Counted from the first letter of the stretch, positions 1-9,839 are shown. The stretch is DNA of 64,000 bases from an uncultured virus (IMG/VR IMGVR_UViG_3300037114_000074) (IMGVR_UViG_3300037114_000074), one strand, 5' to 3'. Made by a program: numbers and translations. Notes: generated by a model not told the origin, from the letters alone.

Positions 1-191
1 ACGGCGCAGGATATGAGGCCGCGCGCCTTGAAGCGGAACTGTGTTCCCACCCGCAATGACAGAGCGGGGAGCGGCGCGCGCAACTGGCCGGCAGCTGGCG
101 TCGCGGCCACCAGCATAGAGGCAGCGGTCGCAGCGGTGAGCGTGGGGCCCGGGCCGCTGAGGGTGAAGAGAGTGCCGTTATAACCAAGCAT
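1..191 (-). CDS. Partial hypothetical virion protein (runs off the window start)
   Basis: ATG at 191 after purine-rich AAAGGGGAAA; reads MLGYNGTLFTLSGPGPTLTAATAASML... open to position 1; co-oriented with the head operon. Confidence 0.6.
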   Translation of the reverse strand, partial: MLGYNGTLFTLSGPGPTLTAATAASMLVAATPAAGQLRAPLPALSLRVGTQFRFKARGLISCA

Positions 192-203
192 GAATTTTCC
201 CCT

Positions 204-488
204 TTACGCCAGCGCGTCGACGTGCGCGACGAGCGCGTCGGCGATCGGGTTGGACTGGTCGGCGGTCATGCCCTCGACCGGCGCCCCGTCGCACTCCCCC
301 TGCCAGCTCTGCACCAGATCACTGTGTGCCTCGTCCGGCCACAGCGGCTTCACCACGCGCAGGATGCGCAGCTTGTGCCCCTTGTACTCGGCCACGTGGT
401 GCTCGCCTTTGTGCGGGAGCGTGAGCTTCTGGCTCGGGCCGATGAGCATAGTCTCGGTGTCGTCGTAGTTCCAGATGACGGGTTCCAT
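204..488 (-). CDS. Hypothetical protein
   Basis: 94 aa ORF with AAGGAG RBS, tightly packed in the operon. Confidence 0.6.
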   Translation of the reverse strand: MEPVIWNYDDTETMLIGPSQKLTLPHKGEHHVAEYKGHKLRILRVVKPLWPDEAHSDLVQSWQGECDGAPVEGMTADQSNPIADALVAHVDALA

Positions 489-501
489 ACGGGCGACTCC
501 T

Positions 502-1233
502 TCAGGACTTGTAGTACGCGAGTTGGTTGGCGGCGAAGCTCGGCGTGATACCCGAGCTGACGATGAGCGGGGACTGCTTGTAGAGGATGCCGCTGCCAGC
601 CGTGGCGCCGTTGATGCCGGTGCCGCTGGCGGTCGCCGAGAGCTGGAACGTGGTGCCGGACACGCTGACCGCGTAGTAGAGCGTGCCGAGGGTGAAGGCG
701 GCGGGGATCAGCGCCAGGGCGCCGGACTGCGGGAAGGGGTAGATCGACACGCGGTCGTTCAGCACCGGGGTGTACCCCGGGCAGGTGAACACGGCGGGGC
801 TGGCAAGCGTGGACGTCCACCCGACGTAGGGGCCTGCCACCGCTCCGATGGGCCCGTACCCCAGCAGCGTGCCGGCGCCCGAGGAGGCGAGGCCAACGCC
901 GAAGTGCGTCAGCGTGTCGCCCGTCGCCCCGCAGGCCGCAAAGCCGATCGAGGCAGCGTTCTGCACGTTGCTGGGCGTGGTGCCAGAGCCCAGCGTGACG
1001 GTGAAGCCGCCCGTGGTGCGCGCCACCGCGATGCGCCCGTAGTTGGTGTACGCGGTCTCGCTCGTCGTCTGCGAGCCGCCGTCCCCTGGGTCGGCGTTGT
1101 GCAGCGAGATGTAGAGGTTGGTCGCGGGGGAGCTGGTGGCGTTGAGGGCGACGGTCGCCCAGGTGCCGGTGAACACGGCGCAGAACAGCGCGTTCAGCTC
1201 CGCAGCGGTCTCGACGAAGGTGGACATGGGCAT
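502..1233 (-). CDS. Putative minor virion/fibre-associated structural protein
   Basis: Thr/Gly/Ala-rich; LYISLHNADPG...YTNYGRIAVARTT resembles phage structural proteins; AGGAG RBS. Confidence 0.6.
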   Translation of the reverse strand: MPMSTFVETAAELNALFCAVFTGTWATVALNATSSPATNLYISLHNADPGDGGSQTTSETAYTNYGRIAVARTTGGFTVTLGSGTTPSNVQNAASIGFAACGATGDTLTHFGVGLASSGAGTLLGYGPIGAVAGPYVGWTSTLASPAVFTCPGYTPVLNDRVSIYPFPQSGALALIPAAFTLGTLYYAVSVSGTTFQLSATASGTGINGATAGSGILYKQSPLIVSSGITPSFAANQLAYYKS

Positions 1234-1245
1234 GGGATCGGACTC

Positions 1246-1512
1246 CTACATCCGGCGCTGGCCGCGCCCATTGAGTTGTTCAAGAACACCGGCCGGGACC
1301 GGCGTCACGGCTTTCAACTGCTCCCCCAGCCACGCGGTCAGGTCCTGCGAGAGCGTCATCGCCAGCTCGGTGCGGAACACCATCAACGTGACCTCTCCCA
1401 AGAACTCCCCGTCCACGGCGTTGGTCCAGACGATGCGGTTGTGCACGCCAGGCACCACCTGCACGGTGCGCCGGAGCTGGAGCGGGCGCGGTTTGTCGGT
1501 CGGTTCATTCAT
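1246..1512 (-). CDS. Hypothetical protein
   Basis: 88 aa ORF packed between neighbours. Confidence 0.55.
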   Translation of the reverse strand: MNEPTDKPRPLQLRRTVQVVPGVHNRIVWTNAVDGEFLGEVTLMVFRTELAMTLSQDLTAWLGEQLKAVTPVPAGVLEQLNGRGQRRM

Positions 1513-1516
1513 TGGT

Positions 1517-1849
1517 TCAATACCCCACGGGTAAAATGGCCTGCGTTTCGACTTCCCAGACGCCGCTCGTCGTGCCGCACTGGACGTCGAACAGGTAGCG
1601 CACCCCCGGCACGCCGCCCTTGACCGGTTGCAGCACCTGCGTTTCCGTCGGATCGAGCGCGGGCTCGCCGTTGATGATCGCGCTGGGCTCGGGATCGGTC
1701 TCGGTCGCCGGCGGCCCGTACGCGGACACTGAGACCGCCACCACGATCGCCGTGTCGGTGAGCGTGACGCCGGCCGGGAGCTTGTCGGCGAAGTTGAACT
1801 CCAGCACCACCTCGTCCGCGGGGAGCTTGTTGCGGAAGATCTCCGTCAT
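1517..1849 (-). CDS. Putative fibre-adaptor-like virion protein
   Basis: KLPADEVVLEFNFADKL N-terminus resembles small phage adaptor proteins; start overlaps the upstream stop. Confidence 0.5.
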   Translation of the reverse strand: MTEIFRNKLPADEVVLEFNFADKLPAGVTLTDTAIVVAVSVSAYGPPATETDPEPSAIINGEPALDPTETQVLQPVKGGVPGVRYLFDVQCGTTSGVWEVETQAILPVGY

Positions 1850-2346
1850 CCGGGCGGCACCCGAGAAGAGGGGCGGCAGCTGGGAATGTAGGGACCCACG
1901 GACGCCGCGACCTGCAGCAGCGACAGCAGCAGGCGGCCGTAGGGCGGCGAGGCCAGGAGCATGGAGGAGAGCGCCGAGGAGCCAATATCCGGCAGCTGGA
2001 ACTGCACGGCCACGGAGCCCTGCGTGGCGGAGGCGACCGCCCCGGGCGCCCCATCAGGCTCCGCCCGGCCGCCACTGGCGCCCTGGGCCGAGTCCCCGCC
2101 GTAGAGCTGGGCGCAGACCACCGCGCCCATGAGGTCGGCCGCCAGCTGCAGCTTGGGGTCTGGCGCCGTCGGGTCCGCCGGGTTGTACGTGCGCACGCCC
2201 CAGCTCGCCGGGGACTGGCTCATCCAGTTAGCCCCCAGGTTCCACGCCAGCTCGCGCTGCGCCGCGGTGAGGCGGGCGAAGGCGGGGAACTGCGAGATGA
2301 AGTTCCCGTCAGCGTAGACGGGCGGGACGACGTCCGATCCCCACAC
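1846..2346 (-). CDS. Head-tail connector/neck protein (DUF4054-like)
   Basis: FISQFPAF, GAVASATQGSVAV and PYGRLL motifs; located downstream of the capsid gene. Confidence 0.7.
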   Translation of the reverse strand: MWGSDVVPPVYADGNFISQFPAFARLTAAQRELAWNLGANWMSQSPASWGVRTYNPADPTAPDPKLQLAADLMGAVVCAQLYGGDSAQGASGGRAEPDGAPGAVASATQGSVAVQFQLPDIGSSALSSMLLASPPYGRLLLSLLQVAASVGPYIPSCRPSSRVPPG

Positions 2347-2973
2347 CTACGGGATCCACTGGCAGGAGCTGCCCGGCTCCACGGTCACGGTGTAGGAGGC
2401 GTTGTTGCTCTCCGCGTACACCGTCAGCGTGTTCGGCGCCGCGCCGTTCACCAGCATGAAGGACAGGTACACCTGGTAGGTAGCGGCCGCCGTGGTGGTC
2501 ACCAGCGCTCCCGTGACCGCAGTGGTCGCCGTGGTGGTGATCGTCGCGAACGTCGGCACGACGAGCACGCCCGTGGTCGGGGCGCCCGTGACCCACAGGT
2601 TGGTCGGCGCGGCGCTCGCCCCCATGGCAAAGGTCGCGGTACCGGAGGTGCTGCTGACCGCGTACGTCAGCGTGCACTCCCCCCGCAGCACGGTGTTCCC
2701 CTGCACCGTGGGAAGGGTCAAGACCGCGGTGTAGCCGGTCGTGGCGTTGGTGTACGCGGTCGGCAGGTACGTGGCGAAGCACGGGGCGGCAGAGTCCGTC
2801 GCCGTCTGGCCGCTGGAGTTCATCGCCAGGATGCTTAGACAGTTCCCGGCCTGCGGCGCAAAGGCACCGTTCGTGCCGAAACGCATCAGCCCCCCGGGCA
2901 CCTGCGCGCTGGCGGGGGAGCCCAGGCAGGCGAGCGCCACCAGGGCGGCAATCATCAGCGCGTAACGTTTCAT
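2347..2973 (-). CDS. Thr-rich beta-strand protein with N-terminal signal peptide
   Basis: MKRYALMIAALVALACLGSPASA-Q is a Sec-type leader. Confidence 0.7.
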   Translation of the reverse strand: MKRYALMIAALVALACLGSPASAQVPGGLMRFGTNGAFAPQAGNCLSILAMNSSGQTATDSAAPCFATYLPTAYTNATTGYTAVLTLPTVQGNTVLRGECTLTYAVSSTSGTATFAMGASAAPTNLWVTGAPTTGVLVVPTFATITTTATTAVTGALVTTTAAATYQVYLSFMLVNGAAPNTLTVYAESNNASYTVTVEPGSSCQWIP

Positions 2974-3017
2974 TGCAGAGTACCTCGGTTGAACGGTGGA
3001 GAAGGGATGAAGCCGGG

Positions 3018-3464
3018 CTACCGCTTGTTGGTCCCGGGCTGCCCTGCAGGCGGGGCGTCGTCAGCCACGCCCGCCCGCCTGTTGGTCACGGCCTGCACTG
3101 CCGCGGTGTCGGTCTGGTCCCGGTTGGCGCGGCGGTTGTCCTCCGCCACGTCGGCCGCGGTCCGCGGGCGCGAGCCGTCCCGCTCCATCTCCCGCGCCGA
3201 CCGGTCCGGGTCTCGCTCGCTGCTCTCGATGCGCACGAACCCGCGCTCGGCGTGCTCCATGAACTGCGGGTGCGTGGCGAGGTACGCGGCGTCCTCGTCC
3301 GAGACCTCCGTCTGCACCCCTTCCGGGGCGACGCCGCCGCGCGGACGGATGCCCGCGCCTCCGCGCACCAGGACCTTGCGGTTGATGGTGTTGACGCCAT
3401 CGCTCTTGTTCCAGTTGGCGTACGTGTTGTCGGCGGCAAGGGTTGAGATGACATACTTGCTCAT
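3018..3464 (-). CDS. Conserved head-region protein
   Basis: AGGAG RBS; YVISTLAAD, VLVRGGAG and HPQFMEH..RGF motifs; sits directly after the capsid gene as in related myoviruses. Confidence 0.7.
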   Translation of the reverse strand: MSKYVISTLAADNTYANWNKSDGVNTINRKVLVRGGAGIRPRGGVAPEGVQTEVSDEDAAYLATHPQFMEHAERGFVRIESSERDPDRSAREMERDGSRPRTAADVAEDNRRANRDQTDTAAVQAVTNRRAGVADDAPPAGQPGTNKR

Positions 3465-3509
3465 TGAAATCTACTCCTGATTGGTTAAGCGCTGCCCGCG
3501 GCCCGCGCC

Positions 3510-4673
3510 TCAGATTCCCGTGTACCGCACGACGGCGTACGGCCGCTTCACCAGCACGCCAGCGGTGGCGTTGGTGAAGTCCTCGATGTAGCCCTTGGCG
3601 CGCTGCTCGACGCCCAGCGCCATGAACTTCACCGGCACGATCTGCGCAATGGTGCGCTTGTCGTCCGTGCCGCCGTCCTCCACCGTGTCGGCGTAGAGGT
3701 AGAACACGTCCGCTCCGCCGTTGGCCGCCGCGAGCTGCGGGGCGGAGACCACCCGGCACTTCGGGTACGTCTTCGCCAGCCACATCCGCACGTCCAGTGT
3801 GCCCAGCTCGTTCATCTTGGACAACTGCTGCGCCTTGGTCATCGGGATGGCGAGCGTGGTGGCCACTTCGTACGGGTCGATCACGTCCTGGCTCTGGATC
3901 TGCAGCTGGTTCATCCCGGTGATGATGTCCTGGGTGATCTCCAGGAACGTCTTCACCGCCCAGGTGCTGCCGCCCGCGCCGGCCGCCACCGTGACGTAGG
4001 AGAGGAGCGCCGGGTCGTTGAGGAAGCCGTAGGTGTTGTTGAGGCCGGAGTTGAAGCCGTAGAACCCGACCAGGTTCCTCCAGATCTCCAGCCGCAGCAC
4101 CGCCGCCGCCCGCTTCTCGGCGTCCGAGTTGATCATCGCCGCAGCGGCGCGCGCCTGCTCGAGGCGCCCGACCAGCACGCCGGCCTCGAAGCGCACGATG
4201 GTGCGCTCGACCCAGTTCACGTTCCAGTCGGCCAGCGGCACGTTGGTGCTGTCCTTGTAGACGTCGATGTTGCCCATCGGCTCCACGATCCCCTGCACGA
4301 TCCACTCGTCCCGCCAGTTGCCGATGGTCTCGATGCCGATCAGCTCGTCGATCTTGCGCGCAGCGGTGAGCACCTTGATGAACCCCGGGAGCCAGTTCTG
4401 CAGGAACTGGATGGGTGCCACGATGCTGCCGGTGCTGACGGCGGCGGGGTTCGCGACGCTGGGGAAGTACTGCGTGGTCCACGCGTCCATCGCGGCGAGC
4501 GCGTCCATCGCCACGCGTGTGGCGTCGCGCAGGTAAGCCGGCTCGAAGCCGATCCCGATCCGCTCCAGCAGCCTCACCGCGGCAAGATCCGGGAGGTCTT
4601 TGGTGGAGAGGGCCAGCGGCTTGACCTGGTTGGGCGCGAGCCGCGAGTGACTGACTGATGCAAGGGCGGACAT
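3510..4673 (-). CDS. Major capsid protein (DUF2184/encapsulin-like HK97 fold)
   Basis: 387 aa; GFYG..TYGFLNDPAL and C-terminal TAGVLVKRPYAVVRYTGI; AGGAG RBS. Confidence 0.9.
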   Translation of the reverse strand: MSALASVSHSRLAPNQVKPLALSTKDLPDLAAVRLLERIGIGFEPAYLRDATRVAMDALAAMDAWTTQYFPSVANPAAVSTGSIVAPIQFLQNWLPGFIKVLTAARKIDELIGIETIGNWRDEWIVQGIVEPMGNIDVYKDSTNVPLADWNVNWVERTIVRFEAGVLVGRLEQARAAAAMINSDAEKRAAAVLRLEIWRNLVGFYGFNSGLNNTYGFLNDPALLSYVTVAAGAGGSTWAVKTFLEITQDIITGMNQLQIQSQDVIDPYEVATTLAIPMTKAQQLSKMNELGTLDVRMWLAKTYPKCRVVSAPQLAAANGGADVFYLYADTVEDGGTDDKRTIAQIVPVKFMALGVEQRAKGYIEDFTNATAGVLVKRPYAVVRYTGI

Positions 4674-4707
4674 TGTGATGGTCTCCTGGTTTTGAAACGG
4701 CTCGCGA

Positions 4708-5208
4708 TTAGTTGGTCAGGCGAACGATGCCGAGTCCAGCGGTCGCGCTGCCGAACCGGACCATGACGGCGTTGGGGATCTGCGCGTTGCCGCCGGCGAA
4801 GGAACCGCTGGGGCTGTACGTCTGGATCACGCCGGTCGCGATGGTGTACGACACGAAGTCGCCCTCGTTCCACGCGTTGGGGATGTACACGATGCAGCTG
4901 CCGAGCGACAGCAGCGCCACCTGCTCCTCGGCCGCAACGTTGAGGTTGGGGTTGAGGGGGTTGTAGGCCGAGCTGCCGAACAGCGGCTCGATCTTCGGCA
5001 GCACGGCGATGCCGCCGAGGATGATGGTGCCGGCGGCGAGCGCGACCCCGGGGCTGCCGAGCCCGGTCTGGTTGGCGATGGTGAAGAACTGGCCGATCGC
5101 GCCAGCCACGGCCAACGTGACCGGGGTGACGCGGGACGGCTCATCCAGGGCGAAGTCGCCCACGACCCCGAGGTTGAGGTCAACGTTGACAGTGCTCTGA
5201 AGGGGCAT
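4708..5208 (-). CDS. Capsid decoration/cement protein
   Basis: MPLQSTVN...GVVGD start; located between protease and capsid genes; GGAGG RBS. Confidence 0.7.
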   Translation of the reverse strand: MPLQSTVNVDLNLGVVGDFALDEPSRVTPVTLAVAGAIGQFFTIANQTGLGSPGVALAAGTIILGGIAVLPKIEPLFGSSAYNPLNPNLNVAAEEQVALLSLGSCIVYIPNAWNEGDFVSYTIATGVIQTYSPSGSFAGGNAQIPNAVMVRFGSATAGLGIVRLTN

Positions 5209-5258
5209 GTGAAAACTTCCTCCGCGGCTGGCGCGGTGTTGAGGGAGAGGTGGGGGTG

Positions 5259-7370
5259 TTAGGCGGCCTTGACGTAGCGGTCCATGAACGTGTCGCCGGA
5301 AGCGTCCTGCGCGGCACCGCCTACGACCTGCAGCGGACGGCGGCCGGCCTGCGCCTCGGCCACCTGCGTGCGCCCGAGCAGCAGGAAGTCCAGCGCGGTG
5401 ACCGGGTCTTCAGCCGCGTCCTGCACGCCGAGCTTCTTCAGCCCGTACGCCGCCATCTCGACGTGCGACATCTCCGCCCCGTCGAACGCGCCGACGATGG
5501 GCGACAGCCGGTCGTACAGCTTGTGCTTCGCGGCCTCCTCCTTGCGGATGGCCGGCACGACCGCGGCAGTGGCCGCTGCCACCCGCTTGTCGACCAGCGC
5601 GGCGACCTCGGCGGCGTCCATACCCTTGCCCCTGTTGGCGTCTGCGGCGGCCTTGGCGTCGGCTGCAGCCTTCGCGGCGGCGTCCTTCGCCGACTTGTCG
5701 CGAGCGGCCTTGCGCTCGTCGCGAGCCCCGGCACGCTTGTCGCGGGCGCGGCGGCGGTCCTTGGCCTCCTTGGTGTCGTCGTCCTTGTCCTTGTCCTCCT
5801 CGGCGGCGTCCTTGGCGGACTCCTTCTCGTCGGACTCAGCGTCTGACGACTCGGTCTTGGTGTCGCGCTTCTCGTCCGGGTCTTCCTTCTTGCTGTTGGG
5901 GTCCTTGACGTCGCCCTTCTCGCCTTTGTCCCCCTTCTCGCCCTTGTCGCCTTTGTCGCCTTTGTCGCCTTTCTCGTCTGCCATGGAATGTGCTCCTAAT
6001 GAGTCGTGACCAGCCATGCCCTTTTCGGCGGCAACCTTTCCGGCGACCTTGGTCGCGTACTCCTTCGAGTAACCCTTCTTCTCCAGCTCGCCCGTGAGCG
6101 AGCCGAACGAATCCTCAATGAACCGCAGCGTGTCGACGTCGAACCGCTCCTCCAGCTCGTCCCTGCGCGGGAAGAAGCTCTGCAGGAACTGCGCCGGGGT
6201 CGCCATGCTGCCCGTGGTGACGGCGGCGGGGGCGGCGACGGCGCCGGGACCCAGGTCCAGCGCGAACGCCAGGCGCAGCGGCTCGGCCGCGTCGTGCACG
6301 TACACCTCCGACCCCATGCGCCCGGACTTGACCGAGGCGCCGTGGTTGCCGCGCAGGTTCTTCTGCACGAACTGGTACGGCTCGCCCTCGAACACGCCCA
6401 CCTCGGGCACGAAGTCGCAGTGGTACCCCAGCGACAGCTCGCGCTTGCCGCTGGCGAGCTTCTTCGCCAGGGCCTCGGAGAACACCTTGATGTTGCCGTA
6501 CAGCGTGCCGTCGCGGAAGTAAGTCTTCTCCCCGATCACGCCCTGCACGCCGTGGTCCTCCGCCGGCATCAGCCCCTTGTCCTTGTCGCCCAGCAGCGTC
6601 GCGGGGTGGTCGTCGATCCAGGGCATGAGGCGGAAGCTGGCTACAGTGTCCGCGTTCCCCAGCTCCTGCTCGCTGCGGAAGACGCCGACCATCTTGCGCG
6701 GGTCGCCGCCCCGCAGGATGCTGGCCTCGCTGTACTTGTAGACGCCGACCTTGGACAGCGGGTTGTCCAGCACCTCGAACCAGCCGTTGGTGTCGTACTC
6801 GCGGCGGTCGTGGGCCCGGCCAATCGCATCAGCGGCAATCAGGGCCGCCGCCTTCTTCTGCGCTTCAAGCTCCTGCTCCCGCCCTGCGTCCTGCGCCTCT
6901 GCAGTCAGCAGCTTGCGCAGCGTCGCGGCGACGCCCGGGTGCAGCGGGTGCGGCGGGTCGTCGAGCGGCGCCCACAGGTGCTCGGTGTGCTCGTGGTTGA
7001 GCTTGGGCGCGAACTCCTCGTCCACGTTCGCGCGGAAGGTGGCGAAGCCGGCGCCCTCGTCGATCTGCGTGAGGTCGCCCGTCGGGTACCCGGTCTCCTC
7101 CTGCGTCTCGCGCGCGGCGGCCTGCTCGGCGGTCTCGCCGCCCTCGATCGAGCCGCCCGCGCAGCACCACTCGCCGGCGTGGTCGCGGGCGCGCGGGCCG
7201 CGCTTGAGGAACAGCGCGCGATCGCCGTGCGTCAGCAGGACCCCGGCGCCGGAGTCGTAGGCGTTGCGCAGCGCCGCAGCCACGGCCTGCTTGTGCGGGT
7301 GGCCGGCCTTCTCCATCTCGCTGACGTTGTGGGCGATGGTCTCCTTGCTGGAGCCGCTGAGGAGAGGCAC
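5259..7370 (-). CDS. NUDIX + DUF2213 prohead protease/scaffold fusion
   Basis: Nudix box GGSIEGGETAEQAAARETQEETG; DUF2213 motifs NPLSKVGVYKY, DDHP, RELSLGYHC, NH..SVKSGRMG; charged C-terminal scaffold region. Confidence 0.85.
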   Translation of the reverse strand: MPLLSGSSKETIAHNVSEMEKAGHPHKQAVAAALRNAYDSGAGVLLTHGDRALFLKRGPRARDHAGEWCCAGGSIEGGETAEQAAARETQEETGYPTGDLTQIDEGAGFATFRANVDEEFAPKLNHEHTEHLWAPLDDPPHPLHPGVAATLRKLLTAEAQDAGREQELEAQKKAAALIAADAIGRAHDRREYDTNGWFEVLDNPLSKVGVYKYSEASILRGGDPRKMVGVFRSEQELGNADTVASFRLMPWIDDHPATLLGDKDKGLMPAEDHGVQGVIGEKTYFRDGTLYGNIKVFSEALAKKLASGKRELSLGYHCDFVPEVGVFEGEPYQFVQKNLRGNHGASVKSGRMGSEVYVHDAAEPLRLAFALDLGPGAVAAPAAVTTGSMATPAQFLQSFFPRRDELEERFDVDTLRFIEDSFGSLTGELEKKGYSKEYATKVAGKVAAEKGMAGHDSLGAHSMADEKGDKGDKGDKGEKGDKGEKGDVKDPNSKKEDPDEKRDTKTESSDAESDEKESAKDAAEEDKDKDDDTKEAKDRRRARDKRAGARDERKAARDKSAKDAAAKAAADAKAAADANRGKGMDAAEVAALVDKRVAAATAAVVPAIRKEEAAKHKLYDRLSPIVGAFDGAEMSHVEMAAYGLKKLGVQDAAEDPVTALDFLLLGRTQVAEAQAGRRPLQVVGGAAQDASGDTFMDRYVKAA
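5910..5975 (-). repeat. 9-bp tandem repeat encoding collagen-like (KGD/KGE)n
   Basis: EKGDKGDKGDKGEKGDKGEKGD at the start of the scaffold region. Confidence 0.8.
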
Positions 7371-7371
7371 G

Positions 7372-7653
7372 TCAGGGCACCGTCAGCGGCCGGCCCTCGC
7401 TGACCACCGCGGTCTTTGCGAGGCCGAGCAGCGCCTGCGCGGCGGCTTCCTTGTCCTCGCCGGGCTCGAGCGAGCACCACTCGAGAACCTTCATCACCAC
7501 GGCCTTGTAGCGCTCGCGGTCGGCGTACACCTGCCGCTCGACCGCGACGACCTGCTGGTCGTTGGTGAGCAGCGCTCGTTCGTTGTCGATCAGCGCTCGA
7601 TCGGCGCGGCGCTGCGCGATGGGTTTCTTCAGCAGTCTCTGCCTGGTTGCCAT
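7372..7653 (-). CDS. Hypothetical protein
   Basis: 93 aa ORF in the operon. Confidence 0.6.
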   Translation of the reverse strand: MATRQRLLKKPIAQRRADRALIDNERALLTNDQQVVAVERQVYADRERYKAVVMKVLEWCSLEPGEDKEAAAQALLGLAKTAVVSEGRPLTVP

Positions 7654-7659
7654 GTCTGA

Positions 7660-7917
7660 TTACCCCGCTACGTCCGGCTGCACGTCCAGCACCGCGCTGC
7701 CCTGGATCGCGTTCGCCCAGATGGCCTGCGCGAGGCTGAACTTGACGGTGGGGTTCTCCGAGCTCAGCACCACACCGTCAATGCCCGTGGGCTGCGCGGT
7801 CTGGCACTCCACCATGACCTCGAGGCCCGCGGCGTCGGGGGAGATCAACTGCACGATCGCCGGCCCCGTGCCGATGTTCTGCCAGGTGCCGACGGTGACT
7901 GTGACGCGCTGTGCCAT
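7660..7917 (-). CDS. Hypothetical (possibly structural) protein
   Basis: 85 aa ORF with GAGGT RBS. Confidence 0.6.
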   Translation of the reverse strand: MAQRVTVTVGTWQNIGTGPAIVQLISPDAAGLEVMVECQTAQPTGIDGVVLSSENPTVKFSLAQAIWANAIQGSAVLDVQPDVAG

Positions 7918-7943
7918 TGTGTACCTCTGCTACTTGTTTCGAT

Positions 7944-8147
7944 TTACGCCACAGTCGCACCAAACGCCGTGTACACCGTGGCCGACTGCAGGCGGCGCGC
8001 GGTGACGATGCGCGGGCGCAACCCGGTGCGGTCCGCCACCAGGTAGTGCTTGTCGCCAAGGCGGCTGACGATGGTGCCGTGGAAGCAGTGCGCGCTCGTG
8101 GTGCTCGCCCACTTGACGTGCTGCCCGGCGGCGAATTTCGTACCCAC
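7944..8147 (-). CDS. Small hypothetical protein
   Basis: 67 aa GTG-start ORF abutting the portal stop. Confidence 0.45.
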   Translation of the reverse strand: MGTKFAAGQHVKWASTTSAHCFHGTIVSRLGDKHYLVADRTGLRPRIVTARRLQSATVYTAFGATVA

Positions 8148-9839
8148 TCAGGACCCCGCCGGCTTGCCCTTGTCCTTGCCGTTCCCCTTGCCCTTGCTGT
8201 CCTGCTGCCGGGCGACGTCCGCTTTGGCCGCGCGGCGCGCGGGACCGGCAGCCTCGGCCGCAGCGTCCGGGTCGTCCAGGTCTGGCAGGTCCTCGGTCTC
8301 CAGGTCCTTGCCGATGCCGTGGTACCCGGAATCCTTGTCCCCGGCCACGCGCGCGCGCTCGTCGACTGGCGAAAGGGCGCCGGAGGCGATGAGCGAGGCG
8401 CCGGTCTCCGCCTTGTTGAGATTCACCTGGCTCCGCTCCACGTGCGTCAGCGCGTCCAGCTCGTGCCACTTGACGATGATCTCGGCGTCCGCGAGCTCCT
8501 TGAACTTCGGCAGCACCTCCGACTTCATCACCAGCGCGTGGTGCCGCTGCGCGAACGGGGTGAAGTCCCGCTCCTGCATCGACTCCAGCATCTCGTGGTA
8601 ACTCGCCTCGTCGTACTCCCCCGTGGCCGCGAAGCCGCCCGGGGTGGTGCCCAGCAGCTTGGTGATCGGGCAGCCGGCGGTGGCGGCCACCAGCCCGTAC
8701 TGCGTAAACACCAGCCCGTCGAAGTCCGCGAGCGGGGTGTCGAATTGCTTGAAGTCCTCGGTCTCCTTGTCGCCCATCTTGATGCCGAAGTTGTCGCGGT
8801 TCGCGATCCAGTTCTGCACCACCGTCTCCGCCTTTTCTGAGTCCGCCATGACCTTCGCCATGTCCGTCAGCCACACCGTGGTGCGCTTGGACAGCGCCAG
8901 CGCCGGAGCCTCGTTCGCCGTGCGCTCCGCGCAGTACACCCGCTCCATGATCATCTGCGGCAGCGGCACGCCGCCGAACATATACATCGGCTTCAGCACG
9001 TCCACCGGTTCCGCGTACCGGAAGATCACGAGGTGGCTGCGGTGCACGCGCCGGCTGCCGATAAGCCACCAGGTGGGCTCGTAGAAGTTGCGGTTGGTGG
9101 GCACCGCGGCCGACGTGATATCCAGAATCGGCGCGCACCAGTAGGGGTCCACCTGGCTAAAGCCTTTGTAGGAGCCCGCGGTCACGCCGTCGATGTTGAA
9201 GGGCTTCTCGTAGTACGCCGGGTCCTTGCTCTCCACCTCGAACAGCGCGATGCGTATGCCGAAGATGCGGCCCTTGGTGCCGAACTCTCTCAAGCCCTTG
9301 ATCATGCCGTGCCGGCGGTCGGCGCTCTTAATCAGCTTCAGCGCCTCCTCGGGGATGTCCTCACCCGAGACCGTGGTGATTTCGTAGCCGTTGCGGATCG
9401 CATCGTCCACCGGCACGGCGCACGCCTTGTACACGAGCCAGTGCTGCGCGATGAACCCGGCGCTCTGGTAGCCGATAAACCCCTGGCGCATGAACCAGGG
9501 TATGAGCGACAGCTGCTGCCCGGCCTGCAGCACGGCTTGCTTGAAGGCGGGGAGGCCGGAGTCCGCGTCATCCATCGCGGAGGATAGTGTGACCAGCGGG
9601 TCCTTGGCGTCCATCGCGGCGCCGGCGACGGGCGGGCGCCACACCTGGATGCGGTCGAACGCCGCGCGCGCTGCCGCCTGGAACGCCTCGACCTGGCGAC
9701 GCTCAAGCTCCTGCTGCGCGCGCAGCATGCGGCTCGACACCGAGTTGCCCTCGTACTTGTCGGCGCGGCTCCTGGGCTCAGGCGCAGCGGCGGCGGCGGG
9801 GCGCTTGCGGCGCAGCAGGTCAAGGAGACGGTTGAACAC
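8148..9839 (-). CDS. Portal protein (DUF1073 family)
   Basis: FIGYQ..GFIAQHWLVYKAC..PVDDAIR, EPTWW..VHRSHL and PITKLLGTTPGGFAATGE motifs; GAGG RBS. Confidence 0.9.
   Translation of the reverse strand: MFNRLLDLLRRKRPAAAAAPEPRSRADKYEGNSVSSRMLRAQQELERRQVEAFQAAARAAFDRIQVWRPPVAGAAMDAKDPLVTLSSAMDDADSGLPAFKQAVLQAGQQLSLIPWFMRQGFIGYQSAGFIAQHWLVYKACAVPVDDAIRNGYEITTVSGEDIPEEALKLIKSADRRHGMIKGLREFGTKGRIFGIRIALFEVESKDPAYYEKPFNIDGVTAGSYKGFSQVDPYWCAPILDITSAAVPTNRNFYEPTWWLIGSRRVHRSHLVIFRYAEPVDVLKPMYMFGGVPLPQMIMERVYCAERTANEAPALALSKRTTVWLTDMAKVMADSEKAETVVQNWIANRDNFGIKMGDKETEDFKQFDTPLADFDGLVFTQYGLVAATAGCPITKLLGTTPGGFAATGEYDEASYHEMLESMQERDFTPFAQRHHALVMKSEVLPKFKELADAEIIVKWHELDALTHVERSQVNLNKAETGASLIASGALSPVDERARVAGDKDSGYHGIGKDLETEDLPDLDDPDAAAEAAGPARRAAKADVARQQDSKGKGNGKDKGKPAGS

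Noticed and set aside
8148..9839. Anti-CBASS Acb1 label often attached to DUF1073 proteins
   Set aside because: Position and motifs indicate a portal; no separate phosphoesterase domain is visible
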